Shown here: positions 1 to 10,182 of the stretch, piece after piece
Position numbering within the stretch: position 1 is the stretch's first letter
How the letters are laid out: each line of letters begins with the position of its first letter
Assembly: GCA_021414145.1 (NCBI GenBank)
Contig: JAIOOY010000017.1
Location: forward strand, 2,631 to 66,630
Length of the DNA: 64,000 nt
From: Methylophilales bacterium
GTDB taxonomy: Bacteria > Pseudomonadota > Gammaproteobacteria > Burkholderiales > Methylophilaceae
Direction: 5' to 3'
Program-made: the position numbers and the translations under genes
The notes under the pieces: model-generated
Seen by the model: the letters and a program-made list of their open reading frames with translations, nothing else
Database searches by the model: none
Told to the model about the DNA's origin: nothing

Positions 1-1141
1 AAGCTATTACGGCGGACACCCAAACCGCAGCCACTGGCGTTTTCAACACTGGGTCCACGCTACGCAGGAAACCCGATGCTGGCAGCCCGCCATCCCGTGC
101 AAATGCATACATCATACGAGAGGTAGAGGTCAAACAAGCCAAGCCGCACAAGTAGTTGGATACGAAAATACTAACACTCAATATAACTTTTAAGCCTACA
201 GGCAGAGTACCGAGCAACGCATCAAAATAACCAAACCCTTGTTTCACACCTGTATCCACGTCCGGCATCACTAGCACAAAGGTACAAATCATGATGTAAC
301 CGAAAATTGCAGAATAAATGACTGACGACACGATACCTTTTGGCACTGCTTTAGCTGCATCACGCGTTTCTTCAGAAGTATGGGCAGAAGCGTCAAACCC
401 TGTGATGGTATACACGGCAAGTAGCAAACCAAGCAAGAATGGGAAGACCATTCCTTCACTCTTAGGCCAGGGGCTACCTTCAGCGCCTGTGTAATTGGTA
501 AATGTAAATAATCTGTCAAACTCCAATGGGCCTTGGTGAAATGCCAATAGGGAGATGGTTAGCACAACGGCAACCACAAAAATCAAGTACCCTGAATAGT
601 CAGTGATCTTGGTGGTGAACTTTGGAAAACGATAAATCAATACCGCTTGGGTTGCGATGATCGTTGCAACGCCAATGAGTTGCTGCGTATAACCTAGCCC
701 TGCAACGTCAATTCCCAAGATTGGCGCCATAAGAGTCTTGAAGAAAAAGTCATAGACCCCAAAATCCACCGATGCCACCACGAAAATCAAGCCCAGCAGG
801 TTAAACCAAGCCGTACACCAGCCGAAACCCTTGCCGCCTAGAATGGAACCCCAGTGGTATAAGCCACCGGCTGTTGGATAACTTGAAGAAATTTGCGCCA
901 TCGCGATTGCAACAATGAGCGCAAACGCAGAACCAACCAACCAACCAACACCTATTGATGCGCCACCAGCTGCCCCCAAAGCCAGCGGAAACGCGCCAAT
1001 CCCACCTGCCAGAATACAGATAATGGAAAATGAAATGGCAAAATTTGAAAACCCACTCATGTGACGATGAAGCTCCTGCTCATAGCCCATCTTTTTAAGC
1101 TGTGCTTCATCCGATGCTGCTGACTGATGTTCTTTACTCAT
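1..1141 (-). CDS. APC-superfamily amino acid/polyamine permease, N-terminal ~380 codons only; the C-terminus lies beyond the left window edge
   Basis: Absent from the ORF track because there is no stop inside the window. My translation from ATG 1141-1139 gives MSKEHQSAASDEAQLKKMGYEQELHRHMSGFSNFAISFSIICILAGGI...AGGLYHW...LRSVDPVLKTPVAAVWVSAVIA. The frame stays open to base 1. It contains many hydrophobic helices, and AAGGGGA lies ~6 nt upstream of the ATG. Confidence 0.8.
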   Translation of the reverse strand, partial: MSKEHQSAASDEAQLKKMGYEQELHRHMSGFSNFAISFSIICILAGGIGAFPLALGAAGGASIGVGWLVGSAFALIVAIAMAQISSSYPTAGGLYHWGSILGGKGFGWCTAWFNLLGLIFVVASVDFGVYDFFFKTLMAPILGIDVAGLGYTQQLIGVATIIATQAVLIYRFPKFTTKITDYSGYLIFVVAVVLTISLLAFHQGPLEFDRLFTFTNYTGAEGSPWPKSEGMVFPFLLGLLLAVYTITGFDASAHTSEETRDAAKAVPKGIVSSVIYSAIFGYIMICTFVLVMPDVDTGVKQGFGYFDALLGTLPVGLKVILSVSIFVSNYLCGLACLTSTSRMMYAFARDGGLPASGFLRSVDPVLKTPVAAVWVSAVIA

Positions 1142-1328
1142 GCTGTGTCCCCTTTGTCATTTCATAACTCCTTAAAAGTGAATGAATTTCAAAAAATACT
1201 ACAAACCCCTCCAAAAAACATGGTTTAAAAATTATGTGAATTATTACCAAAATCATTGTTCAGGAAACTGCGGCAAATTACAAGTCAAATTCCGCCAGTT
1301 ACTGTTCCAAATGCGAACAGCTCCAATT

Positions 1329-2000
1329 TCAATTAGCCACTTGTACCAATTGTCTGGCCATCGCAACTGTCACTGGCTTTTTGGCAGTCAATGACCAGTC
1401 ATCTAGCGCATCCAGTATTGTCATCAATGTAGGCAAATCCCGCTTCATATGCCGTAAGAAGTACTCCACCACATCGTCAGGCAAGTTCATGCCGCGCTCT
1501 CTCGCGTGCCTCTTCAGCGCTTGAGCTTTTTCTGTGTCTGACAAACTTAACACTTGATACACCAGACCCCAAGCTAGGCGGGTTTTGATGTCGTCACGTA
1601 ATGCCAATTGAGCTGGGGCGACAGGCACGGCGACAATCAGGGTTTTGCCTTGTTCACGATAGCGATTAAAGAGATTGAATAGTGCTATTTGCGAGGTTTC
1701 GTCTAGGTTTTGGGCATTATCCAGTGCAACCAATGAGTGTTCTAGCAGGTTGATGGTTTCGGCTTGTGGTGCATCCAGATAGATTGCACTTATCCCGTGC
1801 TCCGCTACGAAACTGGTGACGGCATGCAACAAATGGCTTTTACCGCTACCCGCCTCGCCCCACAAGGTCAACGAGTGTTGGCCCTGGGTACCTTCTATCA
1901 AGTTTAGCAACGTTTGGAGCAATTCGCCGTTGCTGCCCACAACAAAATTCTGCAGCGTAGGTGCTGGAACAGGTTTTATGTCGAGTAAAAGTTGTTTCAC
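1329..2000 (-). CDS. hda: DnaA regulatory inactivator Hda
   Basis: 223 aa. Walker A motif WGEAGSGKSHLL, and a C-terminal half resembling E. coli Hda (RLAWGLVYQVLSLSDTEKAQALKRHARERGMNLPDDVVEYFL). The hda-perM pair divergent from purM is a conserved betaproteobacterial arrangement. Confidence 0.9.
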   Translation of the reverse strand: MKQLLLDIKPVPAPTLQNFVVGSNGELLQTLLNLIEGTQGQHSLTLWGEAGSGKSHLLHAVTSFVAEHGISAIYLDAPQAETINLLEHSLVALDNAQNLDETSQIALFNLFNRYREQGKTLIVAVPVAPAQLALRDDIKTRLAWGLVYQVLSLSDTEKAQALKRHARERGMNLPDDVVEYFLRHMKRDLPTLMTILDALDDWSLTAKKPVTVAMARQLVQVAN

Positions 2001-3058
2001 TGCTGAAAAAAATCGCTTTCAAGATAGCGTTGACGCAGATGTCGTAAGGCAACTAACAACGCCGCGCTGGCAGGCAATGCCAGCAACACACCAAAGAAGC
2101 CAAATAGTTGCCCAAAGGCTAGCAAAGCGAAGATGACCGCCACCGGATGCAGACCGATGCGCTCCCCCACCAACCAGGGTGTAACCACCATACCTTCAAG
2201 CGCTTGGCCGATACCAAACGCCAGCAGCACCGGCAGCAAACCGGAGATTCCTTGAAACTGCATCAAGCCTGCCAAAGTTGCCAATGTAAGGCCTGTCGCC
2301 ATGCCCAAATAGGGAATAAATACCAGCAGACCAGTGACCAAACCTATAGGTAGGGCAAACGCCAAACCAGCGAGATGTAGTGCCAAGCTGTAATATGCAC
2401 TCATCAACAGCATCACGGAAATCTGCCCTCGCAAAAACTCTGAAAGCACCGCATCAATCTCGCGTGCCATATTCAAAGTGTTGACTTGCCAGCGCCGTGG
2501 AATAAGCTTTTCAAGATGTGCCAGCAACGTATTCCAATCACGCAACACATAGAAAAATACCACCGGAACCAATAGCAAATTGACCAACACGGCCACTATT
2601 ACCATGCCGCCAGACTTGAGTGACGGTAACAGTGTCGCCGCAAAACTCCCCGCATTTTTGAGATGACTCGCCAGATAGGCTTTAATCTGCTCTGCGTCCA
2701 GCCCTAAATCCACACCAAACTGGTTGTGCAGCCAAGGCATGGCGTTGAGCTTAAACCAGTCTATAGTGGTAGGGAGGCGGTCTAAAAACAGTTCTGTTTC
2801 GTGGTGTACCAAAGGCGCTAGAATCAGTACCAATGCGGCGATGATGCCTATCAGAAGTAACAGCACTAGCAACACTCCTATCCCCCGAGGTACGCGCCGC
2901 GTTTGCAGCCGATTTACCAACGGATTACAGACATAGGCCAACACTGTGGCCAGCAAAAAGGGGGTCAAAATAGGACTTAACCGCCACAGCAGCCATAAAC
3001 CGGCGGCTACCAAAAATATGGTGACGATACCAAATTGCTCAGACTGTTTAGCGACCAT
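1997..3058 (-). CDS. AI-2E family transporter (PerM-like permease)
   Basis: 353 aa polytopic membrane protein with the C-terminal pattern typical of the family (GLLVFIPYLG...GERIGLHPV..IFALL). Overlaps the hda start by 4 nt. Confidence 0.8.
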   Translation of the reverse strand: MVAKQSEQFGIVTIFLVAAGLWLLWRLSPILTPFLLATVLAYVCNPLVNRLQTRRVPRGIGVLLVLLLLIGIIAALVLILAPLVHHETELFLDRLPTTIDWFKLNAMPWLHNQFGVDLGLDAEQIKAYLASHLKNAGSFAATLLPSLKSGGMVIVAVLVNLLLVPVVFFYVLRDWNTLLAHLEKLIPRRWQVNTLNMAREIDAVLSEFLRGQISVMLLMSAYYSLALHLAGLAFALPIGLVTGLLVFIPYLGMATGLTLATLAGLMQFQGISGLLPVLLAFGIGQALEGMVVTPWLVGERIGLHPVAVIFALLAFGQLFGFFGVLLALPASAALLVALRHLRQRYLESDFFQQ

Positions 3059-3145
3059 AGGGATGGTTTCGGGTAAAATTCAGGAAGTCAGTAATTTATC
3101 CCGTCACACCCTTTAATACAAACCTTTTAATAGAGAGCGTAGAAC

Positions 3146-4189
3146 TTGAGTACATCCAATAAACCCTCGATGAGTTACCGTGATGCCGGTGTGGACATGG
3201 AAGCCGGCGATGCGCTGGTGGAAGACATCAAGCCCTATGCCAAACGCACCATGCGCCCGGAAGTACTTGCTGGTATAGGCGGTTTTGGTTCCTTGTTTGA
3301 AGTACCCAGCAAATTTAAGCATCCGGTGCTGGTATCCGGCACGGATGGCGTAGGTACCAAGCTGAAATTGGCATTCGAATTGAATAAGCACGATACCGTG
3401 GGCATAGATCTAGTAGCCATGAGCGTCAACGACATCTTAGTCCAAGGAGCTGAGCCGCTATTCTTCCTCGATTACTTCGCCTGCGGCAAGCTTGAAGTTG
3501 GAACCGCAGGGCAGGTCATCAAGGGAATCGCGCTGGGTTGCGAACAAGCTGGATGTGCATTGGTGGGCGGTGAGACGGCGGAAATGCCAGGCATGTATCC
3601 ACCTGGAGAATACGACCTGGCGGGCTTTGCCGTAGGTTGCGTGGAGAAAGAAGCCATTATCAATGGCTCTACTATTACAGAAGGCGACATGGTGCTAGGA
3701 CTGGCTTCCAGCGGCGCGCATTCCAACGGCTATTCTCTGGTGCGTAAGCTCATAGCGATGTCTGGTATAGATATGAATAGCGATTTTGGTGGCAAACCGT
3801 TCCGTGATGTGGTGATGGCACCAACGCGTATCTACGTGAAACCCTTGCTTAAGCTGCTGAACGTGGTCAAGGTCAAAGGTATGGCACACATTACTGGCGG
3901 CGGCCTCACCGAAAACATTCCACGAGTACTGCCAAGCGGTCTTACCGCCGAGCTGAAAAACGGCAGTTGGGATATCCCGCCGCTGTTCAAGTGGCTCCAA
4001 ACACAGGGCAACATTACTGACACCGAGATGTTCCGCACTTTCAACTGCGGCATCGGCATGGTGGTGGTGGTTTCCGCATCAGAGGCAGAAATCGCGACCA
4101 AGCTACTACGGGCAGAAGGTGAACAAGTGTGGCGTATCGGCGTGATCCGCCCGCAAAACCCCAATGAGCCACAAACGGTCATCGTTTAA
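3146..4189 (+). CDS. purM: Phosphoribosylformylglycinamidine cyclo-ligase (AIR synthetase)
   Basis: 347 aa with [24 protein letters not shown] and HITGGG motifs. The track start is TTG 3146; an in-frame ATG at 3170 is an alternative. Confidence 0.95.
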   Translation: MSTSNKPSMSYRDAGVDMEAGDALVEDIKPYAKRTMRPEVLAGIGGFGSLFEVPSKFKHPVLVSGTDGVGTKLKLAFELNKHDTVGIDLVAMSVNDILVQGAEPLFFLDYFACGKLEVGTAGQVIKGIALGCEQAGCALVGGETAEMPGMYPPGEYDLAGFAVGCVEKEAIINGSTITEGDMVLGLASSGAHSNGYSLVRKLIAMSGIDMNSDFGGKPFRDVVMAPTRIYVKPLLKLLNVVKVKGMAHITGGGLTENIPRVLPSGLTAELKNGSWDIPPLFKWLQTQGNITDTEMFRTFNCGIGMVVVVSASEAEIATKLLRAEGEQVWRIGVIRPQNPNEPQTVIV

Positions 4190-4213
4190 GACTGTATCAG
4201 CGTTAAACCTGAC

Positions 4214-4882
4214 ATGAAAAAACTATTTCTCATCCTTTTGCTGGCTTCATTCTCAGCGTATGCTGCGCCAAAAAAAATCACCGTGACCTATGACGTGACG
4301 CGTAAAGGCCAACCTTTCGCTACAGTGAACGAAACCTTCACCCAAGACGGCAAAAACTATCGTGTCGAGAGTGTCACTAGCGGCATAGGGGTGTATGCGT
4401 TGCTAGGTAAACGCAAGCTCACCAGCGAAGGCGAAGTCGGTGCTAGCGGTCTGCTACCTAAGCATTTTGAGCAGCAACAAGGTGACAAAAAGGGCGCGAG
4501 TGCCGATTTTGATTGGAGCACCAACACGCTGACCATGAACAACAAGGGCAAAACCAGCACAGCACCATTGGAGCCTAGCACGCAAGACCTTGCCAGCTAC
4601 GCCTATCAATTCATGTTTCGTGTACCCACAGGGGAGGAGATTGCCCTGCCCATCACCTCAGGCAAAAAGCTACGCACCTATAAATACAAAATTGCCAGTC
4701 AGAATGAGATGGTGGACGAGGTCAAAACCCTGCATCTGGTCAACACCAACAAGAACGATAATGGAGAAGAAAAAGAGCTGTGGTTAGCCATGGACGGGCA
4801 TTTCATCCCCGCTAAAATTGTCATGTTTGACGACAATGGCGCCAAGATAGAGCAGGTCATCACCAGCCTGACCGTGGAGTAG
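4214..4882 (+). CDS. Secreted DUF3108-like protein
   Basis: 222 aa. Signal peptide MKKLFLILLLASFSAYA. Beta-rich sequence paralogous to the C-terminal half of the next ORF (..YQFMFRVP..G KKLRTYKYK.. versus ..YQFMFVPP..GKKLKTYNYE..). The family name is from memory. Confidence 0.5.
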   Translation: MKKLFLILLLASFSAYAAPKKITVTYDVTRKGQPFATVNETFTQDGKNYRVESVTSGIGVYALLGKRKLTSEGEVGASGLLPKHFEQQQGDKKGASADFDWSTNTLTMNNKGKTSTAPLEPSTQDLASYAYQFMFRVPTGEEIALPITSGKKLRTYKYKIASQNEMVDEVKTLHLVNTNKNDNGEEKELWLAMDGHFIPAKIVMFDDNGAKIEQVITSLTVE

Positions 4883-4886
4883 TATT

Positions 4887-5909
4887 GTGTTTAGCCGCGT
4901 TATTAACCGGCGATTGTTAGGGGCATTGGCAGTATCACTGTTGTTGCACTGGTTGTTTGTGTCTGGAAAAGCAAATTGGTTGCCGACGTTAATTACAGAT
5001 GCTGACCCAATCCAGGTAACGCTGGTATTGCCGCCTGCGCCACCTCCGGTAAAACTTACCCCGCGGCTAACAGCGCCGGAGGTCAAAACCAAGGTAGCAC
5101 CAAAACCTGTTGCAGTTACAAAGCCAGAGCTACCGCCAGCGCCTCCTTTAGAACACCAGCTACCACCCGTTGCTCTATCGGACGCTGCGACTATAGTACA
5201 GGCACCTTACGAACCTTCGCCAACCATACAACAAGCGCAAGCCGAGCCACTGCCCGTCATTAAGGATGATCCGGAGCCGATTCCGCTGCCGCCTAAAAAG
5301 GTGGAGATTGAATTCATCGGTAACGGTGATAGTAAGGGTAGCGGCATACAAAGCTTTGAGCGGCTTGATAACGGGCGTTACGTCATTAACAGCGAGCTTA
5401 GCATTCCAGCATTTTTGTTTGTATCGGCCACCATAAACCAACGCAGCGAGGGTCTAATCACTGCAACCGGCCTGCAACCTAGCCAGTTTCGCCAAAAAAT
5501 TACCACTAAAAACCCGCAGATCGCCACTTTTGACTGGGCAAACAAAAAAGTAACTCTAGACAGTGGTAAGCGCACTGAGACGGTGGAATTACCGGTAGCG
5601 ACCCAAGATAGACTGAGTTTTATGTACCAATTCATGTTCGTGCCACCGCTCAACGAAATGCAGCTGAGTATCACCGATGGCAAAAAACTGAAGACCTATA
5701 ACTATGAATTTGAGGGTGAAGACAGTTTAAGCACTAAAATGGGCACCCTGCGCACTTGGCATATCGCCAAAAGTAACCGTGACAGCGATGCTAAAACCGA
5801 GCTATGGCTGGCTATAGACCAGCGCCATTTGCCGGTAAGAATCCGCGTCACCGAAAAAGATGGAAGTGTCACTGACCTCATCGTCAGCAACCTAAAGATA
5901 GAATCCTAA
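4887..5909 (+). CDS. DUF3108-like protein with N-terminal membrane anchor and Pro-rich spacer
   Basis: 340 aa, GTG start. TM segment LLGALAVSLLLHWLF, then a Pro/Ala/Val-rich region of roughly 100 aa (PPAPPPVKLTPRL..PELPPAPPLEHQLPP), then a domain paralogous to 4214..4882. Confidence 0.5.
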   Translation: MFSRVINRRLLGALAVSLLLHWLFVSGKANWLPTLITDADPIQVTLVLPPAPPPVKLTPRLTAPEVKTKVAPKPVAVTKPELPPAPPLEHQLPPVALSDAATIVQAPYEPSPTIQQAQAEPLPVIKDDPEPIPLPPKKVEIEFIGNGDSKGSGIQSFERLDNGRYVINSELSIPAFLFVSATINQRSEGLITATGLQPSQFRQKITTKNPQIATFDWANKKVTLDSGKRTETVELPVATQDRLSFMYQFMFVPPLNEMQLSITDGKKLKTYNYEFEGEDSLSTKMGTLRTWHIAKSNRDSDAKTELWLAIDQRHLPVRIRVTEKDGSVTDLIVSNLKIES

Positions 5910-7207
5910 TGGCAAAAAAACCCCAGCAAAGCACACCCAAGCAAGACATGAGCCGCAACCTCATCAACCATGCTACCCGAGCATTAGAAACCACACTTTC
6001 ACCCAGTGGTGCGGCGGACGCCAAATTAAGCTTGTACTTTCGTGAAAATAACGATCTAGGCATGAATGATCGCGCATTTATTGCCGATGCGGTTTATGCC
6101 GTGTTGCGGCGCAAGCGCTACCTCATGCAAATTTGCGGCAATGAAGATCCCTTCGGACTACTTATGGCATCGTTGCTACGCGTACAGGGTTTAGGTTTGC
6201 GCGAACTGTCGGTTCAGCTTTCACCTGCCCAAGCCGCACGCGCGCAGGAAATCAAAGCCGCCATAATTGGCGAACTCACCCCTGCAGTACAGGCAGACTT
6301 ACCCGATTGGCTATGGAACAGCCTTGCCAAACAATATGGCGAGGAGCAAGCGCTGGCATTGGCTCGCAGTCTGCAGCAGCCAGCACCGCTGGATTTGCGT
6401 GTGAATCGGCTGAATGGTCAGCGCGAAGCCGTGCTGGCGTTGTTTGAGAAAGAAGGTATCGCTGCTGAAGCCACACCCTACTCACCCGATGGCGTGCGCT
6501 TGAAAAACAAGATCGCGCTGAATAAGCACGTGCTGTTCACCAAAGGGGTAGTAGAAGTGCAGGATGAAGGAAGCCAATTATTGGCATTGCTGGTTGCCCC
6601 AAGACGCAGCGAGATGGTGGCTGATTTTTGCGCCGGTGCGGGTGGCAAGACACTGGCCTTGGGTGCGCTCATGGCAAACACAGGCCGACTGTACGCATTT
6701 GACGTATCCGAAAGACGCTTAGGTAACTTAAAACCACGATTAGCGCGTTCCGGTTTATCCAACATTCACCCGCAACTCATCGCCAATGAACGCGACCAGA
6801 AACTCAAGCGGCTGGCAAGTAAATTTGACCGTGTGCTGGTGGATGCCCCTTGTAGCGGGCTCGGCACCTTGCGCCGTAACCCAGACCTGCGCTGGAAGCA
6901 ATCACCGCGTGATATTTCCGAGTTAGTGGCAAAACAAACCAACATTCTCGCCGCCGCTGCCAAACTGGTCAAAGCAGGTGGACGCTTGGTGTATGCCACA
7001 TGCAGTCTGCTCAAAGAAGAAAATCAGGAAATTGTAGATGCGTTTCTAGTGGCGCACCCTGACTTCACAATGCTCAATGCGGCAGAGATTTTAGCGCAGC
7101 AGCATGTGACATTGGATACGGGGGAGACGTTGACACTACTACCGCAAACACATGGTACTGATGGATTTTTTGCGGCGGCACTGCAACGCGCTAAACCAGA
7201 ACTTTAA
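5909..7207 (+). CDS. rsmB: 16S rRNA (cytosine-C5) methyltransferase, RsmB/NOL1/NOP2/Sun family
   Basis: 432 aa. NusB-like N-terminal region, SAM motif DFCAGAGGKT, catalytic DAPCSGLGTLRRNPD and YATCS. Confidence 0.75.
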   Translation: MAKKPQQSTPKQDMSRNLINHATRALETTLSPSGAADAKLSLYFRENNDLGMNDRAFIADAVYAVLRRKRYLMQICGNEDPFGLLMASLLRVQGLGLRELSVQLSPAQAARAQEIKAAIIGELTPAVQADLPDWLWNSLAKQYGEEQALALARSLQQPAPLDLRVNRLNGQREAVLALFEKEGIAAEATPYSPDGVRLKNKIALNKHVLFTKGVVEVQDEGSQLLALLVAPRRSEMVADFCAGAGGKTLALGALMANTGRLYAFDVSERRLGNLKPRLARSGLSNIHPQLIANERDQKLKRLASKFDRVLVDAPCSGLGTLRRNPDLRWKQSPRDISELVAKQTNILAAAAKLVKAGGRLVYATCSLLKEENQEIVDAFLVAHPDFTMLNAAEILAQQHVTLDTGETLTLLPQTHGTDGFFAAALQRAKPEL

Positions 7208-8687
7208 GCACCAATCCGGCATCTTTCCAGAACCCAATCTCCGCCTCTAACTCGGCCTCGGTCAGCGGGTTTTGTGACAACCAGTCAGTGGGTAACTTGA
7301 GTTCAAACTGACCATCATTCAAAGAGAGCTGGAGGTTGGGAATCACCAGCTCCATGCGGTTACGCTGAAACAACACTGCCAAGCGCAGCACCATAATTAA
7401 CTTGATGCGATCGTCAATTACTGGAGGTAATGAAAGTTTCGTAAGGGAACGGCGTTGCGCGCGCAGCAACAAGCCCAGCATTTGCTGTTCCATCTTGGAA
7501 AAACCGGGCATATCGGCATTTTCGACAATGTAAGCAGAATGTTTATGGTAACCGGTGTGTGCGATGGTAATCCCGATTTCATGCAATAAACTAGCCCAAA
7601 TAAGATAATGTGAAGCGGTTTCCACTTCCATGCTTAATTGTGACTCGAGTGATCGCAACAAGCTAAGTGCCAAGGCTTGTACTCGTTTGGCTTGTGATGC
7701 ATCTACATGATAGCGGCGCATAAATTGACGCACCGTAGATTCACGCGTGTCGTGATGTTGAATACGTCCGAGTAGTTCGTACAGAACGCCCTGGCGCAGT
7801 CCGCTCTCAGACACCTCCATTCTCTCAATTCCCAGCTCGGCAAAGGCACCCAACAAGATGCAAAAACCACCAGCTATAACGGGTGCGCGATCAGCACTCA
7901 GTCCCGGCAGCTGTAGATTTTTGACGTCTTTGGCTTGAATGAGTAGATTTTTTAACTCGTAGAGTCCGGTGCGAGTGATGCCACCATCTTTTGACAAACC
8001 GTTCGCCAGCAACACTTGACTTAAAGTGCGCGCGGTACCGGCGGAGCCAACCGCTTGACCCCAGCGTTCAGCAGAGAAACTTCGGCGTATGCCTTGAATT
8101 TCAGAGCGGGCGGCGATTTCTGCACGTTTGAAATTGCCTTCAGAGAGCTTGCCGTCCTCAAAAAAGCGCAAGCTATAGCTAACGCATCCCATGTACAGGC
8201 TTTCCATATCGCTGGGTTCGAAGCCCTGTCCAATGACGAATTCGGTAGAACCACCGCCTATGTCTATGACCAAGCGTTTGCCGGAGTATGGTTGCAAATC
8301 ATGCGATACGCCAATGAAGATCATGCGTGCTTCTTCGCGTCCAGCGATGATTTCGATGGGGAAACCTAACGCTTCCTGCGCACGCGAGAGCAACTCAGGG
8401 GAGTTGCGAGCAACGCGAAAGGTGTTGGTGGCGACGGCACGTACGTTGTGCGGGTCAAAGCCGCGCAGGCGCTCGCCAAAACGCCGTAAGGATTCCACTG
8501 CGCGGTCTATGGTGTCAGCTTCGAGAAACTTATCTTTGTTGAGACCTGCACCTAAACGCACCATTTCACGCAAGGAATCATGCATGAACAAGTGGTCGTC
8601 AGCCATGCGCGCCACTTGCAGGCGAAAACTGTTAGAACCTAAATCAACAGCGGCAATCTCTACGGGAGCTTGAGCAAGACTCATCAA
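7191..8687 (-). CDS. ppx: Exopolyphosphatase / guanosine pentaphosphate phosphohydrolase (Ppx/GppA family)
   Basis: 498 aa with AAVDLGSNSFRLQV, IDIGGGSTEF and an HD-like C-terminal domain (LLHEIG). Its 3' end overlaps the convergent rsmB by 17 nt. Confidence 0.85.
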   Translation of the reverse strand: MMSLAQAPVEIAAVDLGSNSFRLQVARMADDHLFMHDSLREMVRLGAGLNKDKFLEADTIDRAVESLRRFGERLRGFDPHNVRAVATNTFRVARNSPELLSRAQEALGFPIEIIAGREEARMIFIGVSHDLQPYSGKRLVIDIGGGSTEFVIGQGFEPSDMESLYMGCVSYSLRFFEDGKLSEGNFKRAEIAARSEIQGIRRSFSAERWGQAVGSAGTARTLSQVLLANGLSKDGGITRTGLYELKNLLIQAKDVKNLQLPGLSADRAPVIAGGFCILLGAFAELGIERMEVSESGLRQGVLYELLGRIQHHDTRESTVRQFMRRYHVDASQAKRVQALALSLLRSLESQLSMEVETASHYLIWASLLHEIGITIAHTGYHKHSAYIVENADMPGFSKMEQQMLGLLLRAQRRSLTKLSLPPVIDDRIKLIMVLRLAVLFQRNRMELVIPNLQLSLNDGQFELKLPTDWLSQNPLTEAELEAEIGFWKDAGLVLKVLV

Positions 8688-8690
8688 AAG

Positions 8691-9395
8691 TTAATTGAGC
8701 GTTTCGCGTTCCATTTCTTGCATGCTTACGTGTCGCACATCCTTGCCCTTTACCATATACACCACATATTCCGCGATGTTTTTGGCGTGATCACCAATAC
8801 GTTCGATAGCTTTAGCCACAAACAACACTTCCAGCGACATGGAGATGGTGCGAGGATCTTCAAGCATAAAGGTGATGAGTTGACGTATCACACCGCGGAA
8901 GTCATCATCCACCTGAATGTCTTGGCGTGCCACTTCTACCGTACGGCTAACATCAAGGCGGGCAAAGGCATCCAGTGAAACACGCAACATTTCACGTACT
9001 TGTTGCGACATACGCTTAATTTCATTAAAACGTGGTGCGTACATGCGGTCAGAATCGTGTAAACGCTTGGCGACACGTGCGATTTTGGTGGCTTCATCAC
9101 CGATACGCTCCAAGTCGGTGATAGTTTTGACTATCATCATGATCATGCGCAGATCACCCGCCGCTGGTTGGCGACGCGCAATGATACGGCTGCAATCCTC
9201 ATCCACAGCTACTTCCAAACCATTAACCTCATGATCGCGTTCTATTACTTGGTCAGCCAGCTGCATGTCTGCGCCGGCAAGTGCTTCCACTGCGTTGGTG
9301 ATTTGTTCCTCCACCAGTCCGCCCATTTGTAGCACTTTGGCGCGCACGGCTTCCAGTTCGGTGTCGTATTGCTTGAATGTATGTTCGGTTTGCAT
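8691..9395 (-). CDS. phoU: Phosphate signalling complex protein PhoU
   Basis: 234 aa. Duplicated PhoU repeats with E(R)IGD motifs (DLERIGDEATKIA and AIERIGDHAKNIAE). Confidence 0.9.
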   Translation of the reverse strand: MQTEHTFKQYDTELEAVRAKVLQMGGLVEEQITNAVEALAGADMQLADQVIERDHEVNGLEVAVDEDCSRIIARRQPAAGDLRMIMMIVKTITDLERIGDEATKIARVAKRLHDSDRMYAPRFNEIKRMSQQVREMLRVSLDAFARLDVSRTVEVARQDIQVDDDFRGVIRQLITFMLEDPRTISMSLEVLFVAKAIERIGDHAKNIAEYVVYMVKGKDVRHVSMQEMERETLN

Positions 9396-9457
9396 GGACT
9401 GTATCCTTAAGCCAAGGGTTAAGTAGGCTATTTTATTGCAGCTTTATTAAGTTATTG

Positions 9458-10114
9458 TTACCGCGTGAGTGTTTTTACGCCTTCTTGCGTAGCCAGTAAT
9501 ACAATATCAGCAGGACGCGCAGCAAATAAGCCATTGGTGACCACACCGACGATTTGGTTGATTTTGGCTTCAAGCGCTACAGGGTCAACAATATTCAAGT
9601 TATGTACGTCGAGAATGAGATTGCCGTTATCGGTGGTGAAATCACGCAACACTGGCTGCCCGCCTAGCTTGACCAATTGTCGTGCTACATGGCTGCGTGC
9701 CATGGGCAGCACTTCCACCGGTAGTGGAAATTTACCCATCACTGGCACCAATTTACTGCCATCCACAATGCAAATAAATTTGTCGGCACACGCCGCTACG
9801 ATTTTTTCACGGGTCAACGCACCACCACCACCTTTGAGCATGTGGAAATGCTCGGTCACTTCGTCGGCACCATCCACGTAGATTTCCATGCCATTGACGC
9901 TATTCAAGTCATAAACTTCTATGCCGTGAGCGCGTAAACGTTGTGCGGTGGCTTCAGAGCTGGCGACCGCACCGTCAATCTTATGTTTAACCTTGGCTAA
10001 TTCTTCAATGAAAAAATTGGCAGTAGAGCCAGTGCCTACGCCTATGATTCCACCTTTGACATAAGCCACAGCTGCTTTTGCCACTTGTTGTTTTAATTCG
10101 TCTTGTGTTGCCAT
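9458..10114 (-). CDS. rpiA: Ribose-5-phosphate isomerase A
   Basis: 218 aa with [18 protein letters not shown] and [13 protein letters not shown] motifs. Confidence 0.95.
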   Translation of the reverse strand: MATQDELKQQVAKAAVAYVKGGIIGVGTGSTANFFIEELAKVKHKIDGAVASSEATAQRLRAHGIEVYDLNSVNGMEIYVDGADEVTEHFHMLKGGGGALTREKIVAACADKFICIVDGSKLVPVMGKFPLPVEVLPMARSHVARQLVKLGGQPVLRDFTTDNGNLILDVHNLNIVDPVALEAKINQIVGVVTNGLFAARPADIVLLATQEGVKTLTR

Positions 10115-10182
10115 GTTCTTAATCCTTAAGAGCTTTCGTTTTCTTTATAATCACCATACCTAGCCCTCAATAATACACGCCC

